Positions 1 to 8,003 of a stretch of DNA of 13,864 nt are shown one piece after another. The translations under genes and the position numbers were made by a program. Below the pieces are notes generated by a model that saw only the letters and a program-made list of their open reading frames with translations, had not been told where the DNA came from and made no database searches. Source of the DNA: an uncultured Eubacteriales bacterium (GTDB taxonomy: Bacteria; Bacillota; Clostridia; TANB77; RGIG9151); assembly GCA_964631135.1 (NCBI GenBank), contig CAZVVZ010000008.1:4810-18673 (forward strand), read 5' to 3'. The number at the start of each line of letters is the position of its first letter. Within the stretch, counting starts at the first letter, position 1.

Positions 1-581
1 GATATTCTACTTGTCGTGCCAAAGCATGGGCTGTATTAAATGGGTATGCAGATATAGACATGTGTTTGCCGTATATGAGAAAAAGGGCAGAATCTATGTC
101 TTACGAGATAATTCAGAATAGTCCTAACGGCATTATTGTTATAGACAGTGAATTAAAAATTGTGGATATCAATTCTAAGGCTTTAGAGTTACGAGGCATA
201 ACAGGGTATAACGTTAAAGGACAATATGTTGTAGATTATTTTGATCCGACAGATTTTGTTATAGCACTAAATGATGAGAAAAACATTATAAGAAAAAAGA
301 TGCATATTCCTCAGACAGATGCTTATGTTGAGCTATCTATTACATATTTAAAAGAGCATAAAGTTATGTTTGCAATAATGAAAGATATTACTTCGGGTGT
401 TAATTATAATGATAAATTAAATAAGGTTAAACATGAAACTTTTGAGACTACTGATAATGTCATTAAAAAGCAGATGAGAGTAGCTCAGGAAATTGCTTCT
501 TTACTTGGTGAAACTACTGCCGAGACTAAGGTCGCATTACTTAAATTAAAGAAAACCTTGCAAGAAGAGGAGGAGGAATGA
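1..581 (+). CDS. C-terminal part of a PAS-domain protein. Probably the 3' end of a HydS/HfsB-like sensory [FeFe]-hydrogenase-family gene cut by the window edge. Alternatively a stand-alone ~160-170 aa PAS protein starting at ATG 60, 75 or 99.
   Basis: The frame of the 60..581 ORF is open from nt 3 with no stop (YSTCRAKAWAVLNGYADID-MCLPY...), so the gene likely continues upstream. SYEIIQNSPNGIIVIDSELKIVDINSKALELRGI...FAIMKDIT reads as a PAS fold. Two Cys spaced C-x16-C lie just before it. The stop TGA (579-581) overlaps the next ATG (ATGA). Confidence 0.6.
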   Translation, partial: YSTCRAKAWAVLNGYADIDMCLPYMRKRAESMSYEIIQNSPNGIIVIDSELKIVDINSKALELRGITGYNVKGQYVVDYFDPTDFVIALNDEKNIIRKKMHIPQTDAYVELSITYLKEHKVMFAIMKDITSGVNYNDKLNKVKHETFETTDNVIKKQMRVAQEIASLLGETTAETKVALLKLKKTLQEEEEE

Positions 582-1741
582 TGTCTCTTTTTCTTGAAAC
601 AGGATATACTTCTCTTAATAAAGTCGGAGAAGAGTTATGTGGAGATAATGTTGACATGACAGTTAATGGCGACTATACTACTTTAGTGTTGGCTGATGGC
701 TTGGGTAGTGGGGTTAAGGCTAATATTTTGTCGACTCTTACTTCAAAAATTTTATGTACTATGATTTCTAATGATATAGAAATAGAAGAATGTATTGAGA
801 CTATTATTCAGTCGCTCCCTGTGTGCAAGGAAAGGGGACTGGCATATTCTACTTTTTCTATAATCCATATAAATAATGAAGGTATTGGATATTTAGTTGA
901 GTTTGACAATCCTCAAGCTATTTATATTCATAATGGCAAGTGCATGGACTTTGAAAGAGAACAGCTGAATATTTTTGACAAGGTTGTTTATAAAACTGAG
1001 CTCAAGTTAGAAGCTTCAGATATCGTTGTGATTATGTCGGACGGTACGATTCATGCGGGAATTGGGATGATATTAAATTTAGGCTGGCAGCGAAAAGAAA
1101 TTATGGAGTACTTAGATGATACGATTACTCCAAGTATGTCTGCCAGGTGCATTGCCTGCTTACTTGCAGCGACTTGTAATGATTTGTACTTAGATAAGCC
1201 GGGAGACGATACTACTGTTGCGGCTATTAGGCTTAGAGAAGAGCTTAAGGTTAATATTATGGTGGGACCTCCTGTCGATAAGGACAAAGACGATTTATAT
1301 ATAGGGGAGTTCATTAAAAAAGAAGGCAAACATATTGTTTGCGGTGGTACAAGTTCACAGATTGTAGCGAGGTTTTTAAATGAGGAGCTTCATACAAGTT
1401 TGGATTTCTCGGATAAGGAAGTTCCGCCTATTGCATATATTAAAGGCATTGATTTAGTTACAGAGGGTGTTATAACTATCAGAAAGCTATTACAACTTTC
1501 TGAAAAATATATAGATGTTAAAGATGTTTCGCCTAAATATTACGAGAAAAATGACGGAGCTTCTAAACTTGCAAAGATGCTATTTGAAGAAGCTACAGAG
1601 GTTAATTTTTTTGTGGGACAAAGTGTTAACATTGCACATCAAGGGTTACCTATTGATACTACTATGAAGCTAAAACTTGTTGAGTTTTTATCTGAAAATT
1701 TAAAGAAAATGGGTAAAAAAGTTACTGTTAAATATTTTTGA
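578..1741 (+). CDS. SpoIIE-family (PP2C-like) protein serine/threonine phosphatase with an uncharacterised C-terminal half
   Basis: 387-aa ORF. The N-terminal half has PP2C/SpoIIE-like acidic motifs (CGDNVD, LADGLGSGVKA, IMSDG, GDDTTV). The start ATG overlaps the upstream stop (ATGA at 578-581), implying translational coupling. Confidence 0.85.
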   Translation: MMSLFLETGYTSLNKVGEELCGDNVDMTVNGDYTTLVLADGLGSGVKANILSTLTSKILCTMISNDIEIEECIETIIQSLPVCKERGLAYSTFSIIHINNEGIGYLVEFDNPQAIYIHNGKCMDFEREQLNIFDKVVYKTELKLEASDIVVIMSDGTIHAGIGMILNLGWQRKEIMEYLDDTITPSMSARCIACLLAATCNDLYLDKPGDDTTVAAIRLREELKVNIMVGPPVDKDKDDLYIGEFIKKEGKHIVCGGTSSQIVARFLNEELHTSLDFSDKEVPPIAYIKGIDLVTEGVITIRKLLQLSEKYIDVKDVSPKYYEKNDGASKLAKMLFEEATEVNFFVGQSVNIAHQGLPIDTTMKLKLVEFLSENLKKMGKKVTVKYF

Positions 1742-1759
1742 TTAGAGGGGAATGAAACT

Positions 1760-2293
1760 ATGAAAGTTCTTATTGCATCAGATATTCACGGTTCAGCATA
1801 TTACATGAAAAAATTAAAGGAACGTTTTTTAGCGGAAGAAGCAACACGATTGTTTTTATTGGGGGATATTTATTACCATGGACCAAGAAATGATTTATCT
1901 TATGAATATGATCCCAAAAAAGTTGCAGAAATTCTTAATTCTATGTGGGACAAGGTTGTGTCTGTTCGTGGAAATTGTGATAGCGAAGTCGATGAAATGA
2001 TTTCCAGGTTTTCTTTTACTGAAAATATGGAAATCATTGTTAAAGAAAAACGTGTTTATCTTTCGCATGGGCACAAAATAAATTGGGATTTCCCTTATTA
2101 TTACGGAGACATAATCATCTTTGGCCATCTTCATACCGGTTTTATTAAGAAAGAGAATGGAGTTATTATTGCTAATGCAGGTTCTGTTTCTTTACCTAAA
2201 AACGGAACACCAAATAGCTATATTATTTTAACAGATGAAAAATTAGAATTAAAAGATATTGATGGGAACTTATTAGAAAGCGAGGCATTTTAG
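1760..2293 (+). CDS. YfcE/MJ0936-family metallophosphoesterase (phosphodiesterase)
   Basis: 177-aa ORF with the calcineurin-like metal-binding motifs in order: SDIHGS, GDIYYHGPRN, RGNCD, SHGH, GHLH. AGAGGGG Shine-Dalgarno about 8 nt upstream. Confidence 0.85.
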   Translation: MKVLIASDIHGSAYYMKKLKERFLAEEATRLFLLGDIYYHGPRNDLSYEYDPKKVAEILNSMWDKVVSVRGNCDSEVDEMISRFSFTENMEIIVKEKRVYLSHGHKINWDFPYYYGDIIIFGHLHTGFIKKENGVIIANAGSVSLPKNGTPNSYIILTDEKLELKDIDGNLLESEAF

Positions 2294-2295
2294 CA

Positions 2296-3729
2296 ATGAA
2301 AAAATTTGATACCAAAGTTCAGCATTTAAAATATAAGGTTTTAAGGGAAGTCATTAAAAAGGCAGAAAGCAATGACCTGGAAAATGTTTATAGAGACGTC
2401 CCTATTACTGTTGTACCGGGTCCTAAAGCAAGTATGAGATGCTGTATATATAAAGAAAGAGCTATTGTTCAGGAAAGAATTAAGATGGCACTTGGCGGTA
2501 ATAAAGATAACCCTAATGTTGTTGAAGTTATAGATATTGCTTGCGATGAGTGCCCGATTGGAGGTATGCTTGTAACAGAAGCTTGCCGTGGATGCATTGT
2601 AAATAGGTGTACAGAGGTTTGCCCTAAAGGTGCTATAAATATTGTTGATAAAAAGGCAGTAGTGGATAAGGACAAATGTATTGAGTGTGGATTATGCACT
2701 AAAGCTTGTCCGTATTCTGCTATTATTCATCAGCAGCGTCCTTGCATAAAGAGTTGCAAGGTTAAGGCTATTAGCATGGGAGAAGATAAAAAAGCTGAAA
2801 TTGATAACGATAAATGTATTGAATGCGGTGCTTGTGTTTATCAATGCCCTTTTGGTGCTATTGTAGATAAGTCTTTAATTATGGAAGTGCTTTCTATATT
2901 AAAAAATTCAGATAACAATAAGAATTATAATGTTTATGCCGTTATTGCGCCGTCTATTGTTAGCCAGTTTAAATATGCAAAGATTGAACAGGTTATAACC
3001 GGTATAAAGATGCTTGGTTTCCATCAAGTTGTTGAGGCGGCTCTTGGTGCGGACATTACTTTATATCATGAAGCTAATGAACTTAAAGAAAAGCATATTA
3101 TGACGACTTCGTGCTGTCCGTCGTTTGTTATGTTTGTGGAAAAGAACTTTCCTGAACTTACGAAGTATATTTCAAGCTCTGTTTCGCCTATGGTAGAAAC
3201 CGCAAAACTTATAAAAAGCTCTGATCCTACGGCTAAAGTTATATTCATTGGACCTTGCAGTAGTAAGAAGATGGAATATAGACTAGAAAAAACCGACGGA
3301 GCAATAGACAGTGTTTTATCTTTTGAAGAATTGCAAGCATTTTTAGATGCTCGGGATATTGATATAACAGTATTAGAAGATTCTGCTTTAGACAATGCAT
3401 CATATTACGGTAGAATTTTTGCTAAATCCGGCGGTATTGCTAAAGGCATAAAAGATGTTGGAGAAGAAATGGGGATTGATGTTAAGCCTATTGCTATGAG
3501 CGGAATTGATGAATGCAGAGTAAATTTACTCAAGTTAAAAGCTAATAAAGCTACGGAAAACTTTTTTGAAGGAATGGCTTGTGATGGCGGATGCTTAAAT
3601 GGGGCTTTGTGTTTAAGCCATGGCCCGAAAAATGCAGTTGATGTAGATAAATATGGTGAGGAAGCTAAAGAAAAAACCATAGATAATTCCGTTAATTTAT
3701 ATAAGTTAAGTCAGAATAAAGGGATGTAA
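2296..3729 (+). CDS. [FeFe]-hydrogenase, short monomeric type (likely group B-like), with N-terminal 4Fe-4S ferredoxin-type clusters
   Basis: 477-aa ORF. Two CxxCxxCxxxCP ferredoxin motifs (CIECGLCTKACP, CIECGACVYQCP) plus further Cys clusters. H-cluster motifs are TTSCCPSF (L1), GPCSSKKME (L2) and EGMACDGGCLNG (L3). Starts 2 nt after the upstream stop. Confidence 0.85.
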   Translation: MKKFDTKVQHLKYKVLREVIKKAESNDLENVYRDVPITVVPGPKASMRCCIYKERAIVQERIKMALGGNKDNPNVVEVIDIACDECPIGGMLVTEACRGCIVNRCTEVCPKGAINIVDKKAVVDKDKCIECGLCTKACPYSAIIHQQRPCIKSCKVKAISMGEDKKAEIDNDKCIECGACVYQCPFGAIVDKSLIMEVLSILKNSDNNKNYNVYAVIAPSIVSQFKYAKIEQVITGIKMLGFHQVVEAALGADITLYHEANELKEKHIMTTSCCPSFVMFVEKNFPELTKYISSSVSPMVETAKLIKSSDPTAKVIFIGPCSSKKMEYRLEKTDGAIDSVLSFEELQAFLDARDIDITVLEDSALDNASYYGRIFAKSGGIAKGIKDVGEEMGIDVKPIAMSGIDECRVNLLKLKANKATENFFEGMACDGGCLNGALCLSHGPKNAVDVDKYGEEAKEKTIDNSVNLYKLSQNKGM

Positions 3730-3733
3730 AAAA

Positions 3734-3806
3734 ATATATGCTGTTTTATCGAGACTCAAGATTTGCAACGAAAAACTTTAAAAAGCGATAGTTGTACGAA
3801 AGTCAA
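3734..3806 (+). repeat. Decayed/truncated copy C of the same element (left arm tip plus left half of the core; no right arm)
   Basis: TGTTTTATCGAGACTCAAGATTTGCAACGAAAAACTTTAAAAA (3742-3784) matches copy A 7841-7883 at 39 of 43 positions. TACGAAAGTC (3795-3804) resembles the core TACGGGAAGTC. No complementary right arm follows. Confidence 0.6.
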
Positions 3807-3816
3807 GGTGATTGAT

Positions 3817-4515
3817 GTGAAGATATTAAGAAGAATGTTTTTGGCAATATTACTATTTTGTTTGGTCGTAATAGGATTACTGGTACACGATGGATATAAT
3901 ATGTATAAGGAAGCTATTACTGAAGTTCCGCTTACTGAAAAAATAGTCCAAATTAAATCTAAGGAAAATTATGCAAAGATTGAAGAACTTCCTGAAATGT
4001 ATATAGATGCGGTTATATCTGTTGAAGATCATAGATTTTATCTTCACAATGGGATTGATGTAATTTCTATATTAAGGGCGATTATAAAAGATATTCAAGC
4101 TATGGAGTTTATAGAGGGGGGAAGTACTATTACTCAGCAGTTAGCAAAAAACATCTATTTTACACAGGAAAAAGAAATTAGGCGAAAAATTGCAGAAGTG
4201 TTTATGGCTTTTGAAATAGAGAAAAGTTGCAGTAAAAACGAAATATTGGAGTTATATTTAAATACTTGTTACTTTGGAGATGGGTATTATACTGTGAAGG
4301 AAGCCTGTAGAGGGTATTTTAATAAAGAATTAAGTGAAATGACCGACTATGAGTGTGTTCTTCTTGCGGGAATTCCGAATGCGCCTTCTATTTATGCGCC
4401 AACGAAGAATCCGGAGCTTGCAAGGCAAAGGCAGAAACAGGTAATCGACAAAATGGTTAAATATGGTTGCTTAACAAATGAAGAGGCATATTGCATAGCA
4501 AATGCTACAGAATAG
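3817..4515 (+). CDS. Monofunctional biosynthetic peptidoglycan transglycosylase (GT51 domain only, N-terminal membrane anchor)
   Basis: GT51 motifs EDHRFYLHNGID, GGSTITQQLAKN and RKIAEVFMAFEIE. N-terminal KILRRMFLAILLFCLVVIGLL membrane anchor. I prefer the GTG start at 3817 (AAGGTG at 3805-3810, 6-nt spacer); ATG 3835 is the alternative. The track's TTG at 3763 lies inside a repeat fragment. Confidence 0.8.
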   Translation: MKILRRMFLAILLFCLVVIGLLVHDGYNMYKEAITEVPLTEKIVQIKSKENYAKIEELPEMYIDAVISVEDHRFYLHNGIDVISILRAIIKDIQAMEFIEGGSTITQQLAKNIYFTQEKEIRRKIAEVFMAFEIEKSCSKNEILELYLNTCYFGDGYYTVKEACRGYFNKELSEMTDYECVLLAGIPNAPSIYAPTKNPELARQRQKQVIDKMVKYGCLTNEEAYCIANATE

Positions 4516-4547
4516 TACTTGTTAGATTGCAAGTACTCGGTTTTTTT
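4514..4547 (+). terminator. Intrinsic terminator after the GT51 transglycosylase gene
   Basis: 8-bp stem AGTACTTG (4514-4521) / CAAGTACT (4530-4537), 8-nt loop, then CGG and T7 (4541-4547). Confidence 0.7.
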
Positions 4548-4590
4548 GAACACATACAATAGACTGACTAGTAGATTCTAGTGACTTACT

Positions 4591-4619
4591 TTGACAAAAT
4601 AAATAAAATGTTGTACAAT
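4591..4619 (+). promoter_or_regulatory. Sigma-A-type promoter for the YebC-family gene
   Basis: TTGACA (4591-4596), 17-nt spacer, TACAAT (4614-4619). Confidence 0.6.
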
Positions 4620-4653
4620 GTTTTTCGTAAATAGATTTGAAAGGGGTTATATT

Positions 4654-5376
4654 ATGTCAGGACACAGTAAATGGGCTAATATAAAAAATAAGAAAGAAAA
4701 AGCAGATTCTGCTAGAGGTAAAGTTTTTACTAAGATTGGAAGAGAAATTGCTGTTGCGGTAAAATCAGGCGGACCTAATCCGGATGCTAATTCTAAGCTA
4801 AGAGATATTATCGCTAAAGCTAAGGCTGCTAATATTCCTAATGATAATATTGAAAGAAGTATTAAAAAAGCAGCCGGTGACGGAGATGCTACTAATTATG
4901 AATCACTAATGTATGAAGGGTATGGTACAGCCGGAGTTGCTATTATTGTTGAAGCATTAACAGATAATAGAAATAGAACGGCAGGAGATATGCGCCATTT
5001 ATTTGATAAGCATGGTGGAAATTTAGGTCAATCAGGTTCTGTTAGTTATATGTTTGACAGAAAAGGTGTTATTGTTATTGAAAAAAATGACAAACTAAAC
5101 GAAGATGATTTGATGATGATGGCTTTAGATGCCGGAGCAGATGACTTTTCGGCTGATGACGAGTGCTATGAGATAGTAACTAGTCCGGATGCATTTTCGG
5201 CTGTAAGAGAAAAACTTGAAGGTAGCAAGCTTGAATTGCTTGATGCGGAAATTAAGTATGTTCCACAGAATTATGTGGCAATTAGTGAAGAAGCTGCCGT
5301 TAAGCTCCAAAGACTGATAGATGCTTTAGAGGATAATGACGATGTTCAAAATGTTTGGACTAACTGGGAAGAATAA
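4654..5376 (+). CDS. YebC/PmpR-family DNA-binding/translation-associated protein
   Basis: Hallmark N-terminus [14 protein letters not shown] and family-typical length (240 aa). GAAAGGGG Shine-Dalgarno 7 nt upstream of ATG 4654. The track's ATG 4618 sits inside the predicted -10 box. Confidence 0.9.
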   Translation: MSGHSKWANIKNKKEKADSARGKVFTKIGREIAVAVKSGGPNPDANSKLRDIIAKAKAANIPNDNIERSIKKAAGDGDATNYESLMYEGYGTAGVAIIVEALTDNRNRTAGDMRHLFDKHGGNLGQSGSVSYMFDRKGVIVIEKNDKLNEDDLMMMALDAGADDFSADDECYEIVTSPDAFSAVREKLEGSKLELLDAEIKYVPQNYVAISEEAAVKLQRLIDALEDNDDVQNVWTNWEE

Positions 5377-5392
5377 TTTATATTAGTGCATG

Positions 5393-5422
5393 AGGCCGAG
5401 TATTATCGGCCTTTTGTATTTT
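5393..5422 (+). terminator. Intrinsic terminator after the YebC-family gene
   Basis: GC-rich 7-bp stem AGGCCGA (5393-5399) / TCGGCCT (5406-5412), followed by TTTGTATTTT. Confidence 0.7.
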
Positions 5423-5436
5423 AAGAGGGTGATTTT

Positions 5437-7782
5437 ATGAAGAAAATTGAACTTTTATCTCCGGTTGGTGGATATGAGCAGTTTATCGCTGCTGTAGAGT
5501 GTGGAGCCGATGCGGTTTATTTAGGAGGCTCTTCTTTTAATGCAAGAAATTCTGCTGCTAATTTTTCTGATGAAGAATTAAAAGAAGCTGTAAAGTATGC
5601 TCATATAAGAGGTGTAAAAGTACATCTTACTTTAAATATTCTCATTCATGACAGAGAAATAAATGATGCTATAGATTTGGCTAAAAGGGCATATAGCTAT
5701 GGCGTAGATGCTTTTATTGTCCAAGATTTAGGTGTTGTTAATTTACTTAGGAAAGTTATTCCGGATGCAAAGCTTCATTTTAGTACTCAGGGAACTATTT
5801 ATAGTTTAGAGGGAATTAAAGCATTGAAGGCTTTTAATTTTGAAAGAGTTGTGCTTTCAAGAGAACTGACGTTAGACGATATTGAAAATATTTGCAAAAA
5901 TACTGATACGGAAATTGAGATTTTCGTTCATGGTGCTCTTTGTATATGTTATTCAGGCCAGTGCAGGTTAAGTAGTTTGGTGGGTGAAAGAAGTGGAAAT
6001 AGGGGGAAATGTGCCCAACCGTGTAGATTAAAATATTCTTTACTTGAAGGTGATAAGAAAATAAACAGTGAATATATTTTAAGCCCTAAAGATTTATGCG
6101 GAATACATGATTTAGTAAGGATTATAAAAAGTGGTGTTACGTCGCTAAAAATAGAGGGAAGATTAAAATCGCCGGAGTATGTTGCTTGTGTTACAGGCAT
6201 TTATAGAAAGTATATCGATGTAGCTTATAAACTGATTGAAAAAGGAGAAGAGGACAAGTATAAAGTAGAAGAAGAAGATATAAAAAAATTAGCACAGGTT
6301 TTTAACAGAGGAGGCTTTTCTCGTGGATATTATTACGGAGAATCAAGTAGAACTCTTATGTGTTATAAACGACCAAAGCATTGGGGAACTTATTTAGGAA
6401 AAGTAATAGGTTATGATAAAAAAAGGAAACTTGTAAAAGTTAAATTAAGTGATAATTTAAATATGGGAGACGGAATAGAAATTGTAAACGATAGTTTGCC
6501 GGGTAATGTTGTTACTTATATAGAAAAAGACAAAAAGCAGGTTAAACATGCACAAAAAGGTGAAATTGTTTTTGTTGGTGATATATCGGGAAACGTAAAA
6601 AACGAAGATGAAGTTTATAAAATTTCAGATAAATTACTTAATACAGAACTGAGAAGCTTTATCAATGGTAAGTTTTATAAAAAACTTCCGATTGACATGA
6701 ACTTAAGCGCAAATATAGGGAAAAATTTAATTTTAACTGTTAAAGACAATGATGGGAATGAAGTTACGGATAAATCGGATTACATTGTTCAAGAAGCATC
6801 AAATAGGCCTTTAAGTATTGAAAATGCAAGACTAGCTTTATCTAAGTTAGGAGATACTCCATTTTTATTAAACAAACTTGAAACTAGTATAGACGAACAG
6901 GCTTTAGTACCTATATCAGTATTAAATGATATAAGAAGAAATGCTTCAAACTTGCTTTTACAAAAAAGAGTAATAGTTGATAATAAATTACCTTATGATA
7001 CGAATTTTCACGATATAAATTCCCCCGAAAAAAAGGTAGATTCTAAAATTTCCGCATATTTATATAATGTAGATAATTTAGATGGTCTAGAACTTGCGGA
7101 CAGAATTTATGTACCGATAGATAAATATTCTGAGGAATTATGTGCTAAATTTTATAATAAAGAGGTTATTCCGTATTTAATTACAGTAACGAAAGGGCAT
7201 GAATACGGTAAGATTCATACAGATAGTATTTTAGTTTCAAATATAGAACATTTAGAAATATTTAAGGAAATAAAGAATAAATATTGCGATTTTTCCTTCA
7301 ATATTTTTAATTCGTATACATGTAAAGCTCTTAAAGATATGTACAATATAAAAGGTATTAACCTTTCATTTGAATTAAATTTGGAGGAAATTAAAAGAGT
7401 AAAAACAGATGCTGAAACTGAAGTTACGGTTTACGGAAGATTACCTCTTATGATAAGTGAGCATTGTGCTGTTGGAGCTAATATTTGCGGAAAAAATAAT
7501 TGCAATATGTGTAAGAAATCGCAATTTTTCTTAGAAGACAGAGTTGGGGAAAATTTTCCTATTATTACTGACAGAGAAAAATGTAGAATGCAGATTTTAA
7601 ATAGTAAAATTTTATTTGCAAGTGAGATAAAAAAGGAGTTAGAAGGTAAAGTTGATTACTTTAGGGCTTACTTTTTTAATGAAGGTACGGAAGAGAGAAA
7701 AAAGGTATTAAAGGCTATAAAAAATGGTGAAAAAGTAGTATCCGGTAAATACACATCCGGTCATTTCTACAGGGGAGTTTAG
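5437..7782 (+). CDS. U32-family protein (annotated 'peptidase U32', long form with a DUF3656-like middle region and a second C-terminal U32-like segment)
   Basis: 781-aa ORF. The N-terminal TIM-barrel-like U32 region has an exact CX6CX15CX3C motif (C169, C176, C192, C196; nt 5941-6024). AGAGGGTG Shine-Dalgarno upstream. Confidence 0.85.
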   Translation: MKKIELLSPVGGYEQFIAAVECGADAVYLGGSSFNARNSAANFSDEELKEAVKYAHIRGVKVHLTLNILIHDREINDAIDLAKRAYSYGVDAFIVQDLGVVNLLRKVIPDAKLHFSTQGTIYSLEGIKALKAFNFERVVLSRELTLDDIENICKNTDTEIEIFVHGALCICYSGQCRLSSLVGERSGNRGKCAQPCRLKYSLLEGDKKINSEYILSPKDLCGIHDLVRIIKSGVTSLKIEGRLKSPEYVACVTGIYRKYIDVAYKLIEKGEEDKYKVEEEDIKKLAQVFNRGGFSRGYYYGESSRTLMCYKRPKHWGTYLGKVIGYDKKRKLVKVKLSDNLNMGDGIEIVNDSLPGNVVTYIEKDKKQVKHAQKGEIVFVGDISGNVKNEDEVYKISDKLLNTELRSFINGKFYKKLPIDMNLSANIGKNLILTVKDNDGNEVTDKSDYIVQEASNRPLSIENARLALSKLGDTPFLLNKLETSIDEQALVPISVLNDIRRNASNLLLQKRVIVDNKLPYDTNFHDINSPEKKVDSKISAYLYNVDNLDGLELADRIYVPIDKYSEELCAKFYNKEVIPYLITVTKGHEYGKIHTDSILVSNIEHLEIFKEIKNKYCDFSFNIFNSYTCKALKDMYNIKGINLSFELNLEEIKRVKTDAETEVTVYGRLPLMISEHCAVGANICGKNNCNMCKKSQFFLEDRVGENFPIITDREKCRMQILNSKILFASEIKKELEGKVDYFRAYFFNEGTEERKKVLKAIKNGEKVVSGKYTSGHFYRGV

Positions 7783-7798
7783 TTAAATTATTAAAGAG

Positions 7799-7963
7799 AA
7801 ATCAGTTACTGCTCAAAGCACTATACGAAAATAACATATATGTTTTATCGGAACTCAGGATTTGCGACGAAAAACTTTAAAAAATACGGGAAGTCTGCAA
7901 ATATTCCTTCCTTTTAAAACATATATGTTATTTTCGTATAGTAGTTTGAGCAGTAACTGATTT
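7799..7963 (+). repeat. Long-hairpin intergenic element, full copy A (conserved asymmetric core flanked by 47 bp of arm pairing)
   Basis: 7799-7817 pairs with 7945-7963 (19 bp). After a 2x2 mismatch, 7820-7847 pairs with 7915-7942 (28 bp). The core at 7848-7912 recurs at 11851-11920 and partly at 3741-3806. Strand given is the core orientation, not proven transcription. Confidence 0.85.
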
Positions 7964-8003
7964 ATGATTAAAAACCTATTACCGGTAATCATCAAAGCTT
8001 TTA

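Noticed and set aside
4618-4653. N-terminal extensions offered by the ORF track for the YebC-family gene (4618), rpsB (12114) and the zinc-ribbon gene (8834).
   Set aside because: In each case a strong Shine-Dalgarno sits inside the proposed extension, directly upstream of an internal Met that begins the conserved family N-terminus (MSGHSKW, MSVIAMK, MLSCKNCG). For YebC, the upstream ATG overlaps the predicted -10 box.
7841-7918. A mini-ORF starting inside the conserved repeat core. Copy A gives MFYRNSGFATKNFKKYGKSANIPSF; copy B MFHRNSGFATKDFKK...; copy C MLFYRDSRFATKNFKKR.
   Set aside because: The first ~15 codons are shared only because the nucleotide core is conserved. After the A-run (A6 versus A7) the frames diverge completely, so lengths and C-termini differ. 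No Shine-Dalgarno precedes any ATG, and each ATG is buried in the long stem. Cannot be fully excluded without ribosome profiling.
7799-7963. The long hairpin as a 6S RNA, a retron msr/msd, or a conventional MITE.
   Set aside because: 6S RNA is single- or double-copy with a large central bubble, not a 47-bp near-perfect stem. No reverse transcriptase is adjacent, which rules out a retron. For a MITE I would expect conserved terminal inverted repeats and target-site duplications, whereas here the termini are the most diverged part and no clear TSD flanks either copy. A non-canonical mobile origin is still possible.
7978-7989. Perfect 12-nt palindrome ATTACCGGTAAT just downstream of the zinc-ribbon gene, as a protein-binding operator or terminator.
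   Set aside because: It is too short and loop-less to be a convincing terminator on its own, occurs once, and a 12-nt palindrome with an AT-rich arm is not surprising in this composition. The adjacent 165-nt hairpin is the more likely transcription stop.
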